Source of the DNA: Macrostomum hystrix
Lineage: Eukaryota > Animalia > Platyhelminthes
Length of the DNA stretch: 64,000 nucleotides
Direction: 5' to 3'
Assembly (NCBI GenBank): GCA_950097015.1
Contig: CATNEN010000033.1
Coordinates: forward strand, 248,001-312,000
The translations under genes were made by a program, and so were the position numbers. This document shows, piece after piece, positions 24,806-39,310 of the stretch. The notes beneath the pieces were generated by a model. That model searched no databases and was not told the origin of the DNA. It worked only from the letters and a program-made list of their open reading frames with translations. Position 1 is the first letter of the stretch, and every line of letters begins with the position of its first letter.

Positions 24806-27514
24806 ATCAAAATGCAAACTATTCCTAAGCAATAGCCAGTATGTGTTATGATTTAAATTATTTTTTCGTGCGTTTTGTTAAACAATTGCTAAACTGGCGT
24901 GTTGTCCTCGCTAGATTTGAAACAAATTACCTCAGAGAAAGGAGAATTGGCGGAGAGTCACGCAATCGGGTTTTGCTATAGCCATTGTTTCTAATCTGTG
25001 AGTCTGGCTAGTCGTTCAATTCTGTAACTCAGGGTCAGGGCCGTATGGGAGAATTCCTCTGCGGCCTGAGGATTAAACAACCGGCCGGCCATCCATTTTT
25101 GCCTTTTCTCCTCCCGGTAGCCCTTCAATTTCCCATTCCCGACTGCTGAAGCGTCGCCCAGGGGACTAGAAATCCGGCAATTGGAGGGGGCAAAAACTCC
25201 ACCATCCCCCCACCTCCCCACCTAAACCAGGACCGAGGGCCCACTCTTGGCCAACTTTTCTGGTCCCAAAACCAGATCCCTCCCTCTCTTGCGTCTCTTA
25301 TTCTCCCCCAAGTTCCAGCGCCTTCCCCTCGTCTCTCCGCCGCCCTCTCCCATTTTCTCCCCTCTCTCTCTTCCTCTTTCCGCGCCTCCTTTAGCCTTCA
25401 TCATTCGTTCCTGAGTTGTGGGGTGGGGCTCTCCCATGGGGATCTCCGTCCCCACCCCCACCCGCTGCGGAGTTCCCATCAGCCTGAGGGTAGAGAGGGG
25501 AGTTACTCTGCCTCCTTAAATCCCCTTCCAATGGTCCTATATAGTGCGGCTGGCGTACTCAGCCACCCCGGAGATTGCACAGCCTTAGCCGCAAAGAAAA
25601 GTAAATGCTAGAGCCACACGCACTGTGTGCGGGCTGGGGATTATATAGAGAGACAGTCGCTCCCATATCGACCCAGCCGAGGACGAGGCAGGCCTGCAGC
25701 GATTGGGGGTTGAGAACGAAAGGAGACTGGAGGACAAGGGAGGCAAGGAGGGCAAGAGCGCGAGTGATGGGGCGGGCGAGACCAGACGCCCTGCTCCTCC
25801 CCCTCTCCGTCTCTTTAGCCTCAAAGAGTTCTCCCCCAAACTGAGTAGCAAGCTTTTTTCTCCTTTCCCCTCGTCTCTTACTGTTCTCCCATCGCATCTT
25901 ATTCGCCTCCTTATAGTCTTAGGCCATTCCCAGAAGGTAGTGCTTGCTTGCTAATCTTGTCAACGGTGGTCGTTGTTATTCTATAAATTGCATATAAATT
26001 GCTTCTCTCCTTAATTAGCTTCCTGAGTGCCTAGCGGAAAGGTCAACAGCGGAAGCCGCAAATGTGACTTCCGCCACGGATAAAAGTGGACGGAATTTCT
26101 TTTAGAGAGAAAAACTAATCGGATACTTGGCATTGGATTATTAACAAGTCCAACTAGTGCTGAAGGAAATTCAGGTCAGGGAACGTTGTCTGTGATAACC
26201 AAGCAAAACTTTTTTACTTAACTTTTTTTCTAAATTGTCTGCTCATCTCACACCTACCTCTCCGGGTGTGTACTCTCGGAAAGTTTTCGATCCAACTGTC
26301 ACTCCTTATCTTTAATGGACTGAGCTGTAGTAGCACCAGCAGCTACTCAACAGCTAGCTCCCTATCCAGAAGCATTATGGCTGATGGGATCTGACAAGCC
26401 GCAGTGCCGCCAGCGAGATCCCGGGAGGCAAAACTTTTCGTGGTGTAGGGGGTTGCTGGTGGTCTTGTTGTTGCCAAAGTCCTTTCATTTGTCGCCTGCT
26501 GTGCCGGCTAAAATGATCTGTCGCGAGGCAGCAACTGTGATCGCAGCTAACTTGATCGATACAGATTCAACATTTTTATAGCGAGAGCGAAAGCAAAAGA
26601 GATTCCATTTGTTGGTTTAAAAATCGACGACTTACCTCGGGGGGGACTCAGAGATAAGATCTTGTCCTAGCCGCAATCCGCAGAAGCAACCCGTATCGTG
26701 ACGGGAAATCCAACTGAAGCCTCGTGTCCTTCTACAACCCACCTTCAGAGCTCGAGCAAAATCGGACTCTCCTCAAACCCATCTCACCTTGGAGTCCGAT
26801 TGAGAAGTGCACGCGAGCTGCAAACTTTTTGGCCCAGACTTTCCTCAATTTTAAACATACCTTCTATTCCCCACATCAAGTATCCCACCCGCACACCCTT
26901 CCTCTTCTTCTCTTCTCTCAGCAGACTGACATTATCAGCAGCAGCAGGTGAAATAGATTCGACCACCCCTATTGATTTAACGACAACCTGAGCCATCTTG
27001 CCCAGTAGCAGATGGAATGCGAGCTCTCTCGCTCGTCCAGACACGGAGGCCGCATCGAGTTGTTGATTTTTCTCTTCCCGTCGCCTCCGCTGCTCGGTCC
27101 AAACTCATTGATTCCCGCTGAGTAGAATCTGCGAACCCAGTCCAGTTCAGTATTTGCAGCTCTTATTTTTTCACTGGGAAATGCCATAATTTATCCCATC
27201 ATGAGTATCTATTTGCAGAGCTAGTCGAGCCCCAGCAGATTTATGAATTTATGCACAGACAGCACAGCCGCAGCTATTGCGCGGCTACTGCGTACGGCTG
27301 TTCAGTCCCTGGACTGGGGGGACGCCACACCCACCCTCTTTTGCCCCAGCTGGTTGAACTGATTTAATCCATAGCTAAAGTGTCTTACTAAATAAATGTA
27401 CGTGTTCTTACTGTTGATAAAATGATAAAATATAATTTATGTAACTTTGGCAACATCAAACTGAGTTTTGAAACTGTTGAAAAACTTACAAAAAGGCCAG
27501 CGCAAGACGCCAGG

Positions 27515-30500
27515 ATGCTTGGCAGCCTACTGGGTGGCGCCACCAAGCTGCTGGGCTCCGTGGCTGACACCGTCACCATGGCAGTAACTGGAGACCCTCC
27601 GCAACAACAGCAGCAGCAGCAGCAGCAGCAGCAGAACCAGCAGGCTTCAGGCTTCGGTCGAGGAGTGGGCCAGCAGCAGCAGCAGCAGCAGCCGCCGCAG
27701 CAGCCGCATCGACCACCTCAAGCTGCGAGTGGGTTCTTCCAGAACCAGGGGCCCGGATCTGGTTTTCACCAACATCAGCCGCAGCAGCAGCAGCAGCAAC
27801 CGCAGCAGCAGGTTCAGCAGCCCCAAATTCAGCAGCAGCAGCAACAGACATTTCCGCATCAGCAGCAGTCACAGCAGCAGCCAAAACAGCAGCAGCAGCA
27901 GCAGCGACAGAATCTACAGCAGCATGTGCAGCCTCAGTTGCAACAAAATATTCAAAAAAATCATCAACTACAGCAACAGCAGCAACCTCTGCCACAACAG
28001 CAGCCACAACCTCTGCCACAACAGCAGTCGCAAACTCTACCACAACAGCAGTCGCAAACTCTACCACAACAGCAGCCGCAACCTCTACCACAACAGCAGC
28101 CGCAACCTCTGCCACAACAGCAGCCGCAACCTCTGCCACAACAGCAGCCGCAACCTCTGCCACAACAGCAGCCGCAACCTCTACCACAACAGCAGCCGCA
28201 ACCTCTGCCACAACAGCAGCCGCAACCTCTGCCACAACAGCAGCCTCAACAACATCAACACCAGCAACAACTGCACCAGCCGCAGCAAAATCATCATCAA
28301 CATCATCTATCGCAGCAGTCCCAGCCTCAGCAACAGCAGCAGCAGCAGAACTCGCAATACCAGCAGTCTCAAAGTGCCCAGCATCAGTATCAGCAGCAGC
28401 CGCATCAACCGCCAAACTCGCAGCAAACACTACAGTATCAGCAGCAGCAAATGCAGCCACATCCTCAGTATCAGCAGCAGCAGCAGCTGATGCCACAGCC
28501 ACTACAAAACCAACCCCAGCAACAGCCGCAGCAGTTGCAGCAGCAACAGAGCCACTATCAGCAGCCCCAATGGCAGCAAGCTCAATACCAGCAACAGCAG
28601 CAGCAGCCACCACAGCAATATCAGCAGCAGCTGCAGAATCCCCAGCCATTTTACCAGCCGCAATATCAGCAGCCGCTGCAGCAGCAGCCGCAGCCGCAGC
28701 CGCAGCAACAGCAACAGCCTCACCATGACGGCCTTTTCGGTGGTCTGACTTCAAAGATTGCCGAGCTCACCCGAAAGGCCTCATCGGCTCACGCTGCTAA
28801 CACTAACCATTCAACTGTTCAGCAGCCGCTGCCAATGCAGCAGCAAGGTCAGTGGCAGCAGCAGCAGCAGCAGCCGTCTTCTCAGTGGTCATTTGGAACA
28901 AACAATCACGGCTACACTGGTCATCCGACTGCCTCATGGCTCGGTTCCAGCGACCATGGCAATTCCGGATGGCAGCAGAGCTCCTCGCTTCAGACACAGC
29001 AGCCGCCGCTCGCAGCTGGCTTTCAATACGACTATAATCAAGGAGCGCCCGCGTCTTCGTCGACAGCGGCTTGGTTGGGCCAGACAGCAGCCGCCACCGG
29101 GGTAGGAGGCCTCTGGCAGCAGCTGCCTCAGCAACAGCCGACGACACTGTTGGCAGCGGACAATGCCAGCCAGGAAATCGGAGGCATCTACAGCAGCATC
29201 AGCCTGACCACCGATCCCTACATTCGGGCGGCCTTGCGCGGCGAGCTGCTACCGGATGCGCCTTGCTTCGTCGGCGGCAGTCGCATTGGCTCAACCTCGT
29301 CTTCCTCCTACCTAGAGAGGCTACTGGCCGGACACGACAGCCGCACCTTGGCCCGCCAGTCCACCGACCCGATGTCGGGTCTTGACGACGATGACCCGAG
29401 CCTAACCGCGGCCGCACGACATCGTCGAAGCCGCTGGTGGCTAGATTCGACTCGACACGATTCCACGTCAGCGGCAGCCAACGCTGGCCGGGTGCGAGCC
29501 GCCAGCCCCTCCGTGATCATCGGACGGCGAGGAGGCTCGGCCGGCGGCCGCTACACCGACGAGTTCGGTCTGGAGGACGCAGACCTCGCCAGGCCGGCGT
29601 CCGCCCTTCAACGCTACCGCCCGTGGAGACAGCACCGAGACTGGGACATCGATCGAGACGCCGCGAGCAGTCCGGCACCGCCGGGACGAAGCTTCGCCGC
29701 CCACGGTCGAAGCTACGGCTACGATCAGGGCTACGGCCGCGGCTACAGTTTCAGCGAGGCGGAGGGCGAAGCGGAGGCTGAGCTGGAAGTTGAGGGCGAT
29801 TATCGACGAAGCCATCAACAGTCTCACCGGCGGAGACGGAGACACGACTCGGCGCAGGCGGCGGTGCTTGTTCGCGGAGGCGGAGGCCAGTACGCGGACG
29901 ATGACTATTACAACGCGAACTACTTTGTTGGTGGCCGCCAGCGCAGGAGCATCGGCGCCTCCAGATCTGCCATCGCGAGCTTCCAAGGTGAGCGGCGACA
30001 TCAAAGGCGCAGTCGCGTCGCCGGCGCGGGCGTCGGCGTCGGTGGCAACTTTGATGACGCCCTCGATCAGGCGGCTGTAGACGATATGAACGACGAGGAG
30101 GTGCGCGAGTGCCGCGACTTCATGACCCGATCGGTGAACAAGATGCTCAACCAGGGGTGAGTGAAATCATTGCTGAGCTATAGAATAATGCCCATCAAAA
30201 AGCATTCATATTCCACTTCGCATTGGTATCCTAATTCATCTTCGCATCCGCATCCACATCCACATTCGCATTCACATTCGCATTCGCATTCGCATTCGCA
30301 TTCGCATTCGCATCCGCATTCGCATTCGCATTCGCATTCACATCCACATTCGCCGCATTCGCATTCGCATTCGTATCCGTATTCGCATTCGTATCCGCAT
30401 CTGCATTCGCATCCGCATTCGCATCCGCATTCGCATCCGCATTCGCATCTGCATCCGCATTCGCATCTGCATCCGCATTCGCATCTGCATCCGCATTCGC

Positions 30501-32816
30501 ATTCGCATCCGCATCCGCATTCGCATTCGCATCCGCATTCGCATCTGCATCCGCATTCGCATTCGTATCCGCATCTGCATCCGCATTCGCATCCGCATCC
30601 GCATTCGCATTCGCATCCGCATCCGCATCCGCATCCGCATTCGCATTCGCATCCACATTCGCATCTGCATCCGCATTCGCATTCGTATCCGCATCTGCAT
30701 TCGCACTCGCATTCGCATCCGCATGCGCATTCACATCCGCATTCGTATCCGCATTTGCATTCGCATCCGCATTTGTATCCGCATTACCAGCCAAATTTTT
30801 AAGTCAAAGTTCTGCCAATCAATATTTCGCCAATTTTGCCAATTAATTTTAGAAACAGCATCTCTGTTGAGGAGAAGGCAAAATTTGGCCAGTATTGCCA
30901 GGTAAAATTGATTACTTTATTTAAAAATTAGGCTGAAGCAAATTTTGAGATTTCTTAGCTGACTCGGCTGCAGGGTGGATCCTAACCAACTGTTATCAAG
31001 TATTTAACGAATTTCCTATGCGCATTGCTTAGCATAATTTTATACAAGTCCTCAAGTCCCCGGTGCCACCAGTAGGGATCGCGTCTCCTCTGCACTTATA
31101 AACTCTTCAACGAAGAATTCGTTTGCTGGAAAAATATTCCATCAAAATGCTTTCGATTCCCATGGGCCAAAGCATCTGTGTCTACTGACTGTTGATTTTG
31201 GAGAGACGTTGCTAAATTGATGTGCAAAAATGGGGACACTTTCATTCTGTTCTTAAAAAATTCCCATCATCCCTATCTATCATTATCCAAATATCCCATT
31301 TTTAAGTATGCTATTGACTAACTATCCTATTCTCCCAACCCAATCTCGATTTCTCCCATTCTGCGAATCTCCCATTTGTCCTTTTTTTAAAACATCCTAT
31401 TCCATTAACATCCCTTTGTCTTAATATCCTATTCTCTAAATATCCCATTCTCTAAATATCCCATTCTCAAAATATCCCATTCTCTAAATATCCCATTCCA
31501 TCCCCATTCTCTAAATATCCCAGTCTCTAACTCGTTGATCTCTAAAGCTATAATTCGAATTTCTGCTCCCAAAAGACACGGCAAGTTCCAACAAGGAATC
31601 CCGTCGCATCTCCCTGTTTTTCGGATCCTCAGAAGTCAACAGGCCGGATTTGGTTCGCCCGCTGCGTGGAGGCCCAGAGGGGCCGCCCGGAGCGCGTGGA
31701 AGAGGACTCCTTCTTCGCCATCGTCCAGGCCCTGGCCATCGCTCTCTACGAGTGCAACGAGGCCGACGACTGGCGCACGGCATCCATTCTGATGAACATG
31801 TGCTTTACATACTACTATTCAAGTAGGCGGCATGCGAGTATTGCAATATTTTTTTATTAATTCATAATTGGTACATTCGCAAACTTTACCAAAGCTCTCT
31901 ACCTGAACCAACACCGACTGTAGCTACCAACCAGAGTGGCCAGATACACAAGCTTTACCTGTACAATTTCGTCAAAGATCAGCCAGTCTGGCAGTCGCTG
32001 AGATTCTGGAATGCCGCCTTCATCAGCTCCATTCACATCGACAAACAGAGCAGGTGCGAGGAATAGAATGGAATAGAATGGGAAAGGACGGTATAGAATG
32101 GAATAGAATGGGGAAGGATGGTATAGAATGGAATAGAATGGGAAAGGATGGTATAGAATGGAATAGAATGGGAAAGGATGGAAAAGAATGGAATAGAATG
32201 GAATAGAATGGAATAGAATGGAATAGAATGGAATAGAATGGAATAGAATGGAATAGAATGGAATAGAATGGAATAGAATGGAATAGAATGGAATCAAATG
32301 GGTGGAATGGAATGGATTTGAATGGATTGGAATAGAATGAAATGGAATGGAATATAAATTAGTATATTTCAAATGCGATCCGGTTGCAGAGATGGCTATG
32401 AAGTGGTTCGCCGAGACGGGGCCCAGCACACAGGTCACATGACCATGGGCCAGCTCAAGTGAGTAGTCCTGCATTCTTTTTTCTCTGTCTTAAGCCTACG
32501 AGAAAGTTGCACTCGAGAAACACCAACCCCGTCTTTTGCAGCACCTTCATCAGCAACATGAAGTCGTTCGACTTGAGCCGGGAAATGATTCGCGAATTTG
32601 TCCGCAAGCAATGCGAATTCCTGCACCTGCCGTCAGGTTTGTGAGGTCGCCTATTTGGTGTAGCCCCGACGCATTGCACTACTGCCCACTGCTGCAGAAG
32701 TAGTATGCGAAGCAGTCTATGCTGATTATAAATTTGGCATAAGAAATCGTTATAAAATTTTCGTTGCAGATCAGCGAAAAATGCTTTTGCAAGCCGTCGA
32801 CAAAAAACCATTGTAA
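27515..32816 (+). CDS. KIAA0513: KIAA0513-like protein (SBF1/SBF2-type C-terminal domain) with a long poly-Q/low-complexity N-terminus
   Basis: Exons 27515-30156, 30853-30901, 31633-31822, 31924-32053, 32390-32458, 32542-32636 and 32770-32816, all GT-AG with consistent phases. Spliced product [47 protein letters not shown]...[25 protein letters not shown]...[23 protein letters not shown]...GQLNTFISNM resembles, from recall, the conserved KIAA0513 blocks. Confidence 0.88.
30225..30785. repeat. Hexamer microsatellite (TCGCAT/CCGCAT)n in KIAA0513-like intron 1
   Basis: Lies between donor 30157 and acceptor 30851-30852; source of the HS/HP, ANAD and MR pseudo-ORFs. Confidence 0.95.
31422..31530. 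repeat. Short 16-bp tandem repeat (aatatcccattctcta), intronic
   Basis: About 6 units upstream of the exon at 31633. Confidence 0.75.
32060..32350. repeat. (GGAAT/AGAAT)n pentamer-decamer satellite, intronic
   Basis: Lies between donor 32054 and acceptor 32388-32389. Confidence 0.93.
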
Positions 32817-33284
32817 GTAAAGGAGCAACTGCTGCTGCTGCCGCTGCTGCTGCAGGGACTGATTTCCGTTTCCATGACTAGCAAACAATCAGTTAGCATT
32901 GCTTCAAACACTTATGTAAAGTCATGCCACTTTGCTTACAAAGTGAACGGCAGCTAGAAGGCTACTTTCTAAACATCAATTTGAATTTTTCACTCTTATT
33001 TAAAGCATTGAAAATGCACTTAAAAGAAAATTCTGTAGCTTAATTTATTCCTCTTAGTCAGTCGCATGCTTTTTCTGAGTCTTATTGTTATTGCAAGAAA
33101 TGTACTTTATTGATAGAATACAATTTACACCATTTAAGCCATGCAGTATACTGTGATAAGTAAACACCAACTTTGAATATGTTTAGTTCTCTATAAACTG
33201 CCGTATTTACTTTCTACTGGCTGCATCTAACATCTATAGGATATTTTATTTATAACCCAAAAATCTATTTGGATTTTCAGAGTA

Positions 33285-33960
33285 AATCCTACAGTAATTC
33301 CGAGGGAAATCCTACAGTAATTCCGAGGGAAATCCTACTGGAATTCCGAGGGAAATCCTACTGGAATTCCGAGGGAAATCCTACTGGAATTCCTAGGGAA
33401 ATTCTACAGTAATTCCGAGGGAAATCCTACTGGAGTTCCGAGGGAAATCCTACTGGAATTACGAGGGAAATCCTACTGGAATTCGGAGGGAAATACTACT
33501 GGAATTCCGAGGGACATCCTGCTGGAATTTCGAGGGAAATCCTACTGGAATTCCGAGGGAAATACCACTGGAATTCCGAGGGAAATACCACTGGAATTTC
33601 CAGGGAAATCCTGCTGGAATTCCGAGGGAAATACTACTGGAATTCCGATGGAAATCCTACTGGAATTCCGAGGGACATCCTGCTGGAATTTCGAGGGAAA
33701 TCCTACTGGAATTACGAGGGAAATCCTACTGGAATTCGGAGGGAAATACTACTGGAATTCCGAGGGAAATACCACTGGAATTTCCAGGGAAATCCTGCTG
33801 GAATTCCGAGGGAAATACTACTGGAATTCCGATGGAAATCCTACTGGAATTCCGAGGGACATCCTGCTGGAATTTCGAGGGAAATCCTACTGGAATTACG
33901 AGGGAAATCCTACTGGAATTCGGAGGGAAATACTACTGGAATTCCGAGGGAAATACTACT
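33285..33960. repeat. 23-bp minisatellite (ggaattccgagggaaatcctact), about 29 copies
   Basis: Same family and orientation as 43812-44240. Confidence 0.93.
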
Positions 33961-34671
33961 AAAATTGTGCAGTTCTAATCAAGTTGTAAATTCTAGCGAA
34001 ATCGGACTGGAATTCCTAGGGAAATCTAACAAGAATCTAGGTGCTGAATCCATCTATGTATTGTACCTGTGATCATGTGATCACGAGCTTTTAAAAGAGT
34101 TACTCGCAGCAAAATAAAAAGCTCTATTTGGTGTGGCGGTTTCACCGAATCTTGCTCTCCCTCTCTCTCCGCCAGTTATGATCATTCGCATAATAAATTA
34201 CTACACAAAGTCTTACCGCTTCCACATTTGCCACTTTTTAGTTATTGAATTTCTGTCGCCACTTTGTCTTATCTTAGCTGGTTTGTATCCGATTTTTAAC
34301 CAAATTGAATTGAATAATAATTATAGTTTCATATAGGCGGTCATGTTGGACACCTGAGCTTGTTTAAATCCTGCACTCGCACTGTACATGGTACACTTTG
34401 TACTATTATTTTCTCAATTGCGATGTTCCTCTGGCATAGAAACATTTATATTAGCAAACTGTAAGCTTGTTCATTGCGTAATCTGTGTTGTGCTGTCATT
34501 TCCTCTGTTACTGTAAATTGTCTCCACACTTGATAAACTTTTTCTTAATCTAGTTTTTGCTAAGTTTATTACATTTAATTTTACTGCTATTTTTATACTA
34601 AGATTATACAAATGTTATTTACATTTAATACTATAATACTTGCCGTTTTAATTGCTTTGTTCCTTTTTGAG

Positions 34672-35228
<557 letters not shown>

Positions 35229-35243
35229 ACACTTTTAAGGTGT

Positions 35244-35604
35244 ATAATAATACGAATAATATTTGCAGCAGGGCTGCGGGCAATGGCACATCATTTGGTG
35301 ACACTAGACCCGCAGCCAGAGAGGAGGCAACTCTGTTCATTTCGCTGACTCCTGAGCACACACACACAGATACTGTACGCAGCCACACGCTCACACAGGT
35401 GTGTACATCTGCTCTGACTTTATCATCGTCATGCGGTGTACAGTCTCACTGTGCCTTAGAGGTTGGCCCTCAAGGACGTAAATTGCACGACAAGCCCCCA
35501 AGCCTTCTCTCTGCGGCTGCGCCCCAATTTAATGTGTCCTCACCGCGGAATCGAGCTCAGGGACCTTGGTGCGAGAGGCGAACGCACTAGACCGTTCACC
35601 CCCC
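35244..35604 (-). mobile_element. tRNA-derived SINE, copy 1
   Basis: Similar along its length to 60559-60880; B-box-like GCTCGATTCC (plus 35547-35556); degenerate (AAT)n tail at the left end. Confidence 0.75.
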
Positions 35605-36651
35605 TGAGCGAACAGTGGGACTAGGAGTTCATGCTGTCAAAGTTCATTTTGGCTAGCAAATATTTTTATTACCATTTTTGAGAAGCAGAGATTTTTATCG
35701 TGGTTATCGTCTGCTTTGAGCTATAATTTGTCGCATTGCATCGCAAAGTGAAACGAAAAGAACAAGTTTTCTTATTGTGCGATATTTGGAAATAATAGGG
35801 TTGGCGTTTCTATTACAATTCTATTTCTATTGAAGTTTTGTGATTAAAAATATGTAATAAAGGGCACAAGCTCCGTCTGTCATATGAAGTGCTTTTGCCA
35901 GCTTGGAGATGGCGGACCAGTAATTAATATTCCGCTACCTTGCTTCTCGCCTGAGAATGCACATTTTTGTTTCTGACGAGATAAGTCTTTCGCAATGTAC
36001 AGAACTTTGCCCAACGTTATTTAGGCATTTCATTGCAGACCTCCTCGGTTGAAAACAATCGCCTGAGACGGTAAATTGTTTCGTCAGTTTCGTCAGTTGA
36101 AGAGAATGTCAAATTTTAAAGAAGGAATGAGAAAACAGGAGAGCTTTAGTTCAAACCAATATCAAAAGGCTCGAAGGCCTCAAAGTACGATGCAGACGGG
36201 CCGCCAAACTAAAAAAAATCTGCTGCTTATGCCATTTTAGTCTGACGTCTCACTTATTGCCAAGACCTTCTCGCCTTCAACTTTAACGCTTAAGTGGAGG
36301 CTTCTGCGAGTATAAAATCGCTGCTTATAGGCAAAGTTATTGTACGGGCCCACCTAAGTTTTAGTACCTTTTAGTGCCACTGCTTATACAGGTTTATACA
36401 GATTATAATAACACCTGAGGAACATGTCGCTTGATGAAGAACGAGTGAGTAAATGAGATTTTATTTATTACATTTTTTATTGTCTCTGAACTGTGTTGCT
36501 GATTGTTAAATGCTAGACAATATATAATGACCTCCTTCATCATTTGAACTTTATTAACATTCGTACATTCACTCATCATCCAGAAGTGTGACACTCTTAA
36601 ATGAATGTTATTGATATTGTCTAATTTTTCAAAACACAATTTTTGTTGCAG

Positions 36652-37729
36652 CAGCCGCTTATCCCAGATAATGATTCCAATGTAAGTATACGAAATGCTG
36701 GCTTTTGTCGTCGTTTTTTTGTAATAGAGCTTAAACTTGATCTAGATTCGGCGCCAGTAATTGAAAAAAAGTGTCACACGCTCGCTAGTAGAAATGAAAT
36801 CTTGAGAATTAGAGTTCAAATTCGAGGAAATGATATCAATATTAAAGTGAAATAATTTTCAAAGCTCCAATTTGAAAAAATTAGCGCAACCACAAGTTTA
36901 GTGCATGCAGTTCTGAATTAAACATAAGATTTTAATGCACGCATTTGGATTTCAGGAACAGCATAACGAAGATGACTCCCAGCAAATCAGAGATTCGCTG
37001 GTGAGTTTAAGCAAGGCGGTGGATGCAGCGCATGCACGGACAGAAGAGGCAACTAGAGCGGTTAATAAAGCTAAAGGCTCAAACGCTCAGACAAATCGTG
37101 CTGAGACTTCTCAAATCTGGAAGACAGCCACGGAGCTGATCAAAAAAGCGCAGGAAAACGCAGAAGTTGCTCAAACAGCCGCTACTGAGACAGCAGAGTC
37201 TCTTGATATGGACTCAAGACAAAAATCCAAAGCTGATAAGGTAAACACTGTGAGAAATGCGGCAAGTGTGCTGTACCAGTTGCTGGAAGTCACTGCCAAG
37301 ATGTCTGAAAAAGCAAACGAACTAAATGCGGCAGCCGAGGTGGCGCTCATCTGTGCAGTGAAAGCGACTCAAATAGCTGATGAAACTAAAAAGCTAGCTA
37401 ACTGGATGGCAAATCCGAGTCTCGGTACTGACTCTGATGCTCATGTGTACGAAGTAGAAGGCAATATTCGCAGCTTTCGAGAAGAACTCGAGGTGAGATA
37501 CCTTTTCCATTTCTTGTTATTTTTTACTCTGCCTAAAACCTCCGATTCGGAAATTTTAGAAAGAATTGCAACTGAGCTGGAAGGAGAATACTGGACAGGC
37601 AGCTATCAGCGCAGTAGAAGCGACTCAGCAGACAGTCCAAGAGCGGACACCAGCATGCGATGCCAACAATGCAGCTCAACTGTACTTGGAGCTGGCAAGA
37701 CAGACATTTTTAACCAAGATGGGGCCTTC
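36652..37729 (+). CDS. Ala/Glu/Lys-rich coiled-coil coding exons of unknown family, possibly 5' exons of the otopetrin-like gene
   Basis: Putative exons 36652-36681, 36956-37492 and 37560-37729 with good GT-AG signals and a helical, non-repeat translation. The start and 3' continuation are unresolved. Confidence 0.5.
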
Positions 37730-38130
37730 GTAAGGTCTGTCTTAGATACGAATCCCAATTTGCCTGTTGGACCCACCGGTTCGCCGAATGAGCAGCCAAC
37801 AAATCAGGTAAGCAAAAGAGAATAGGGCTTTATAGTCAAGCTTTAAAGTGCTAACATAAATAATGCAATATTTTATTATTTTTTTAATAAATGAAATATA
37901 CTCCCTATTTATTCCAATGCAAAGGCAATGCTGGAGTCTTCTTGACAGAGCGGCTAAGCCGAAGAGTGAACTATCGCCACCTTAATGTCGCATCTCCCCG
38001 TCTTATATATACACTCCCCACTAAAGAAGTCTATATATACCAGGGGTCGGCAAACTCCAGCCAGCAGGCCAGATGCAGCCCTCGAAGCTCCCATATACGG
38101 CCCGTTGCCCTTTCCAACACCTATAGTATC

Positions 38131-39310
38131 CTGTCTCATCTCTCCTCTGTCTCATCTCTCCCCTGTCTCATCTCTCCCCTGTCTCATCTCTCCCCTGTCT
38201 CTCCCCATCTCTCCCCTGTCTCCTCTGTCCCCTGTCTCTTCTCTCCCCTGTCTCATCTCTCCCCTGTCTCATCTCTCCCCTGTCTCATCTCTCCCCTGTC
38301 TCTCCCCTGTCTCATCTCTCCCCTGTCTCATCTCTCCCCTGTCTCTCCCCTGTCTCATCTCTCCCCTGTCTCATCTCTCCCCTGTCTCATCTCTCCCCTG
38401 TCTCATCTCTCCCCTGTCTCATCTCTCCCCTGTCTCATCTCTCCCCTGTCTCATCTCTCCCCTGTCTCTCCCCTGTCTCATCTCTCCCCTGTCTCATCTC
38501 TCCCCTGTCTCATCTCTCCCCTGTCTCATCTCTCCCCTGTCTCATCTCTCCCCTGTCTCATCTCTCCCCTGTCTCATCTCTCCCCTGTCTCATCTCTCCC
38601 CTGTCTCATCTCTCCCCTGTCTCATCTCTCCCCTGTCTCATCTCTCCCCTGTCTCATCTCTCCCCTGTCTCATCTCTCCCCTGTTTCATCTCTCCCCTGT
38701 CTCATCTCTCCCCTGTCTCATCTCTCCCCTGTTTCATCTCTCCCCTGTCTCTCCCCTGTCTCATCTCTCCCCTGTCTCATCTCTCCCCTGTCTCATCTCT
38801 CCCCTGTCTCATCTCTCCCCTGTCTCATCTCTCCCCTGTCTCATCTCTCCCCTGTCTCATCTCTCCCCTGTCTCATCTCTCCCCTGTCTCATCTCTCCCC
38901 TGTCTCATCTCTCCCCTGTCTCATCTCTCCCCTGTCTCATCTCTCCCCTGTCTCATCTCTCCCCTGTCTCATCTCTCCCCTGTCTCTCCCCTGTCTCATC
39001 TCTCCCCTGTCTCATCTCTCCCCTGTCTCATCTCTCCCCTGTCTCTCCCCTGTCTCATCTCTCCCCTGTCTCATCTCTCCCCTGTCTCATCTCTCCCCTG
39101 TCTCATCTCTCCCCTGTCTCTCCCCTATCTCTCCCCTGTCTCATCTCTCCCCTGTCTCTCCCCTGTCTCATCTCTCCCCTGTCTCATCTCTCCCCTGTCT
39201 CATCTCTCCCCTGTCTCTCCCCTGTCTCATCTCTCCCCTGTCTCATCTCTCCCCTGTCTCATCTCTCCCCTGTCTCTCCCCTGTCTCATCTCTCCCCTGT
39301 CTCATCTCTC
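38131..39310. repeat. 16-bp minisatellite (ctgtctcatctctccc), about 73 copies
   Basis: Source of the SHLSPVSSLPCLISPL pseudo-ORFs; same core as 4352-5690. Confidence 0.95.

Noticed and set aside
27573-28754. 393-aa Ala/Val-rich antisense ORF and the Ser-rich alternative frames
   Set aside because: Shadows of the CAG/CAA-rich coding strand.
30161-30802. His-rich (HS/HP)n protein and antifreeze-like (AD/AN)n ORFs
   Set aside because: Hexamer microsatellite within an intron bounded by donor 30157 and acceptor 30852.
32060-32350. Human satellite II/III contamination (GGAAT)n
   Set aside because: Short, mostly GGAATAGAAT, and embedded between two in-phase exons of the resident gene.
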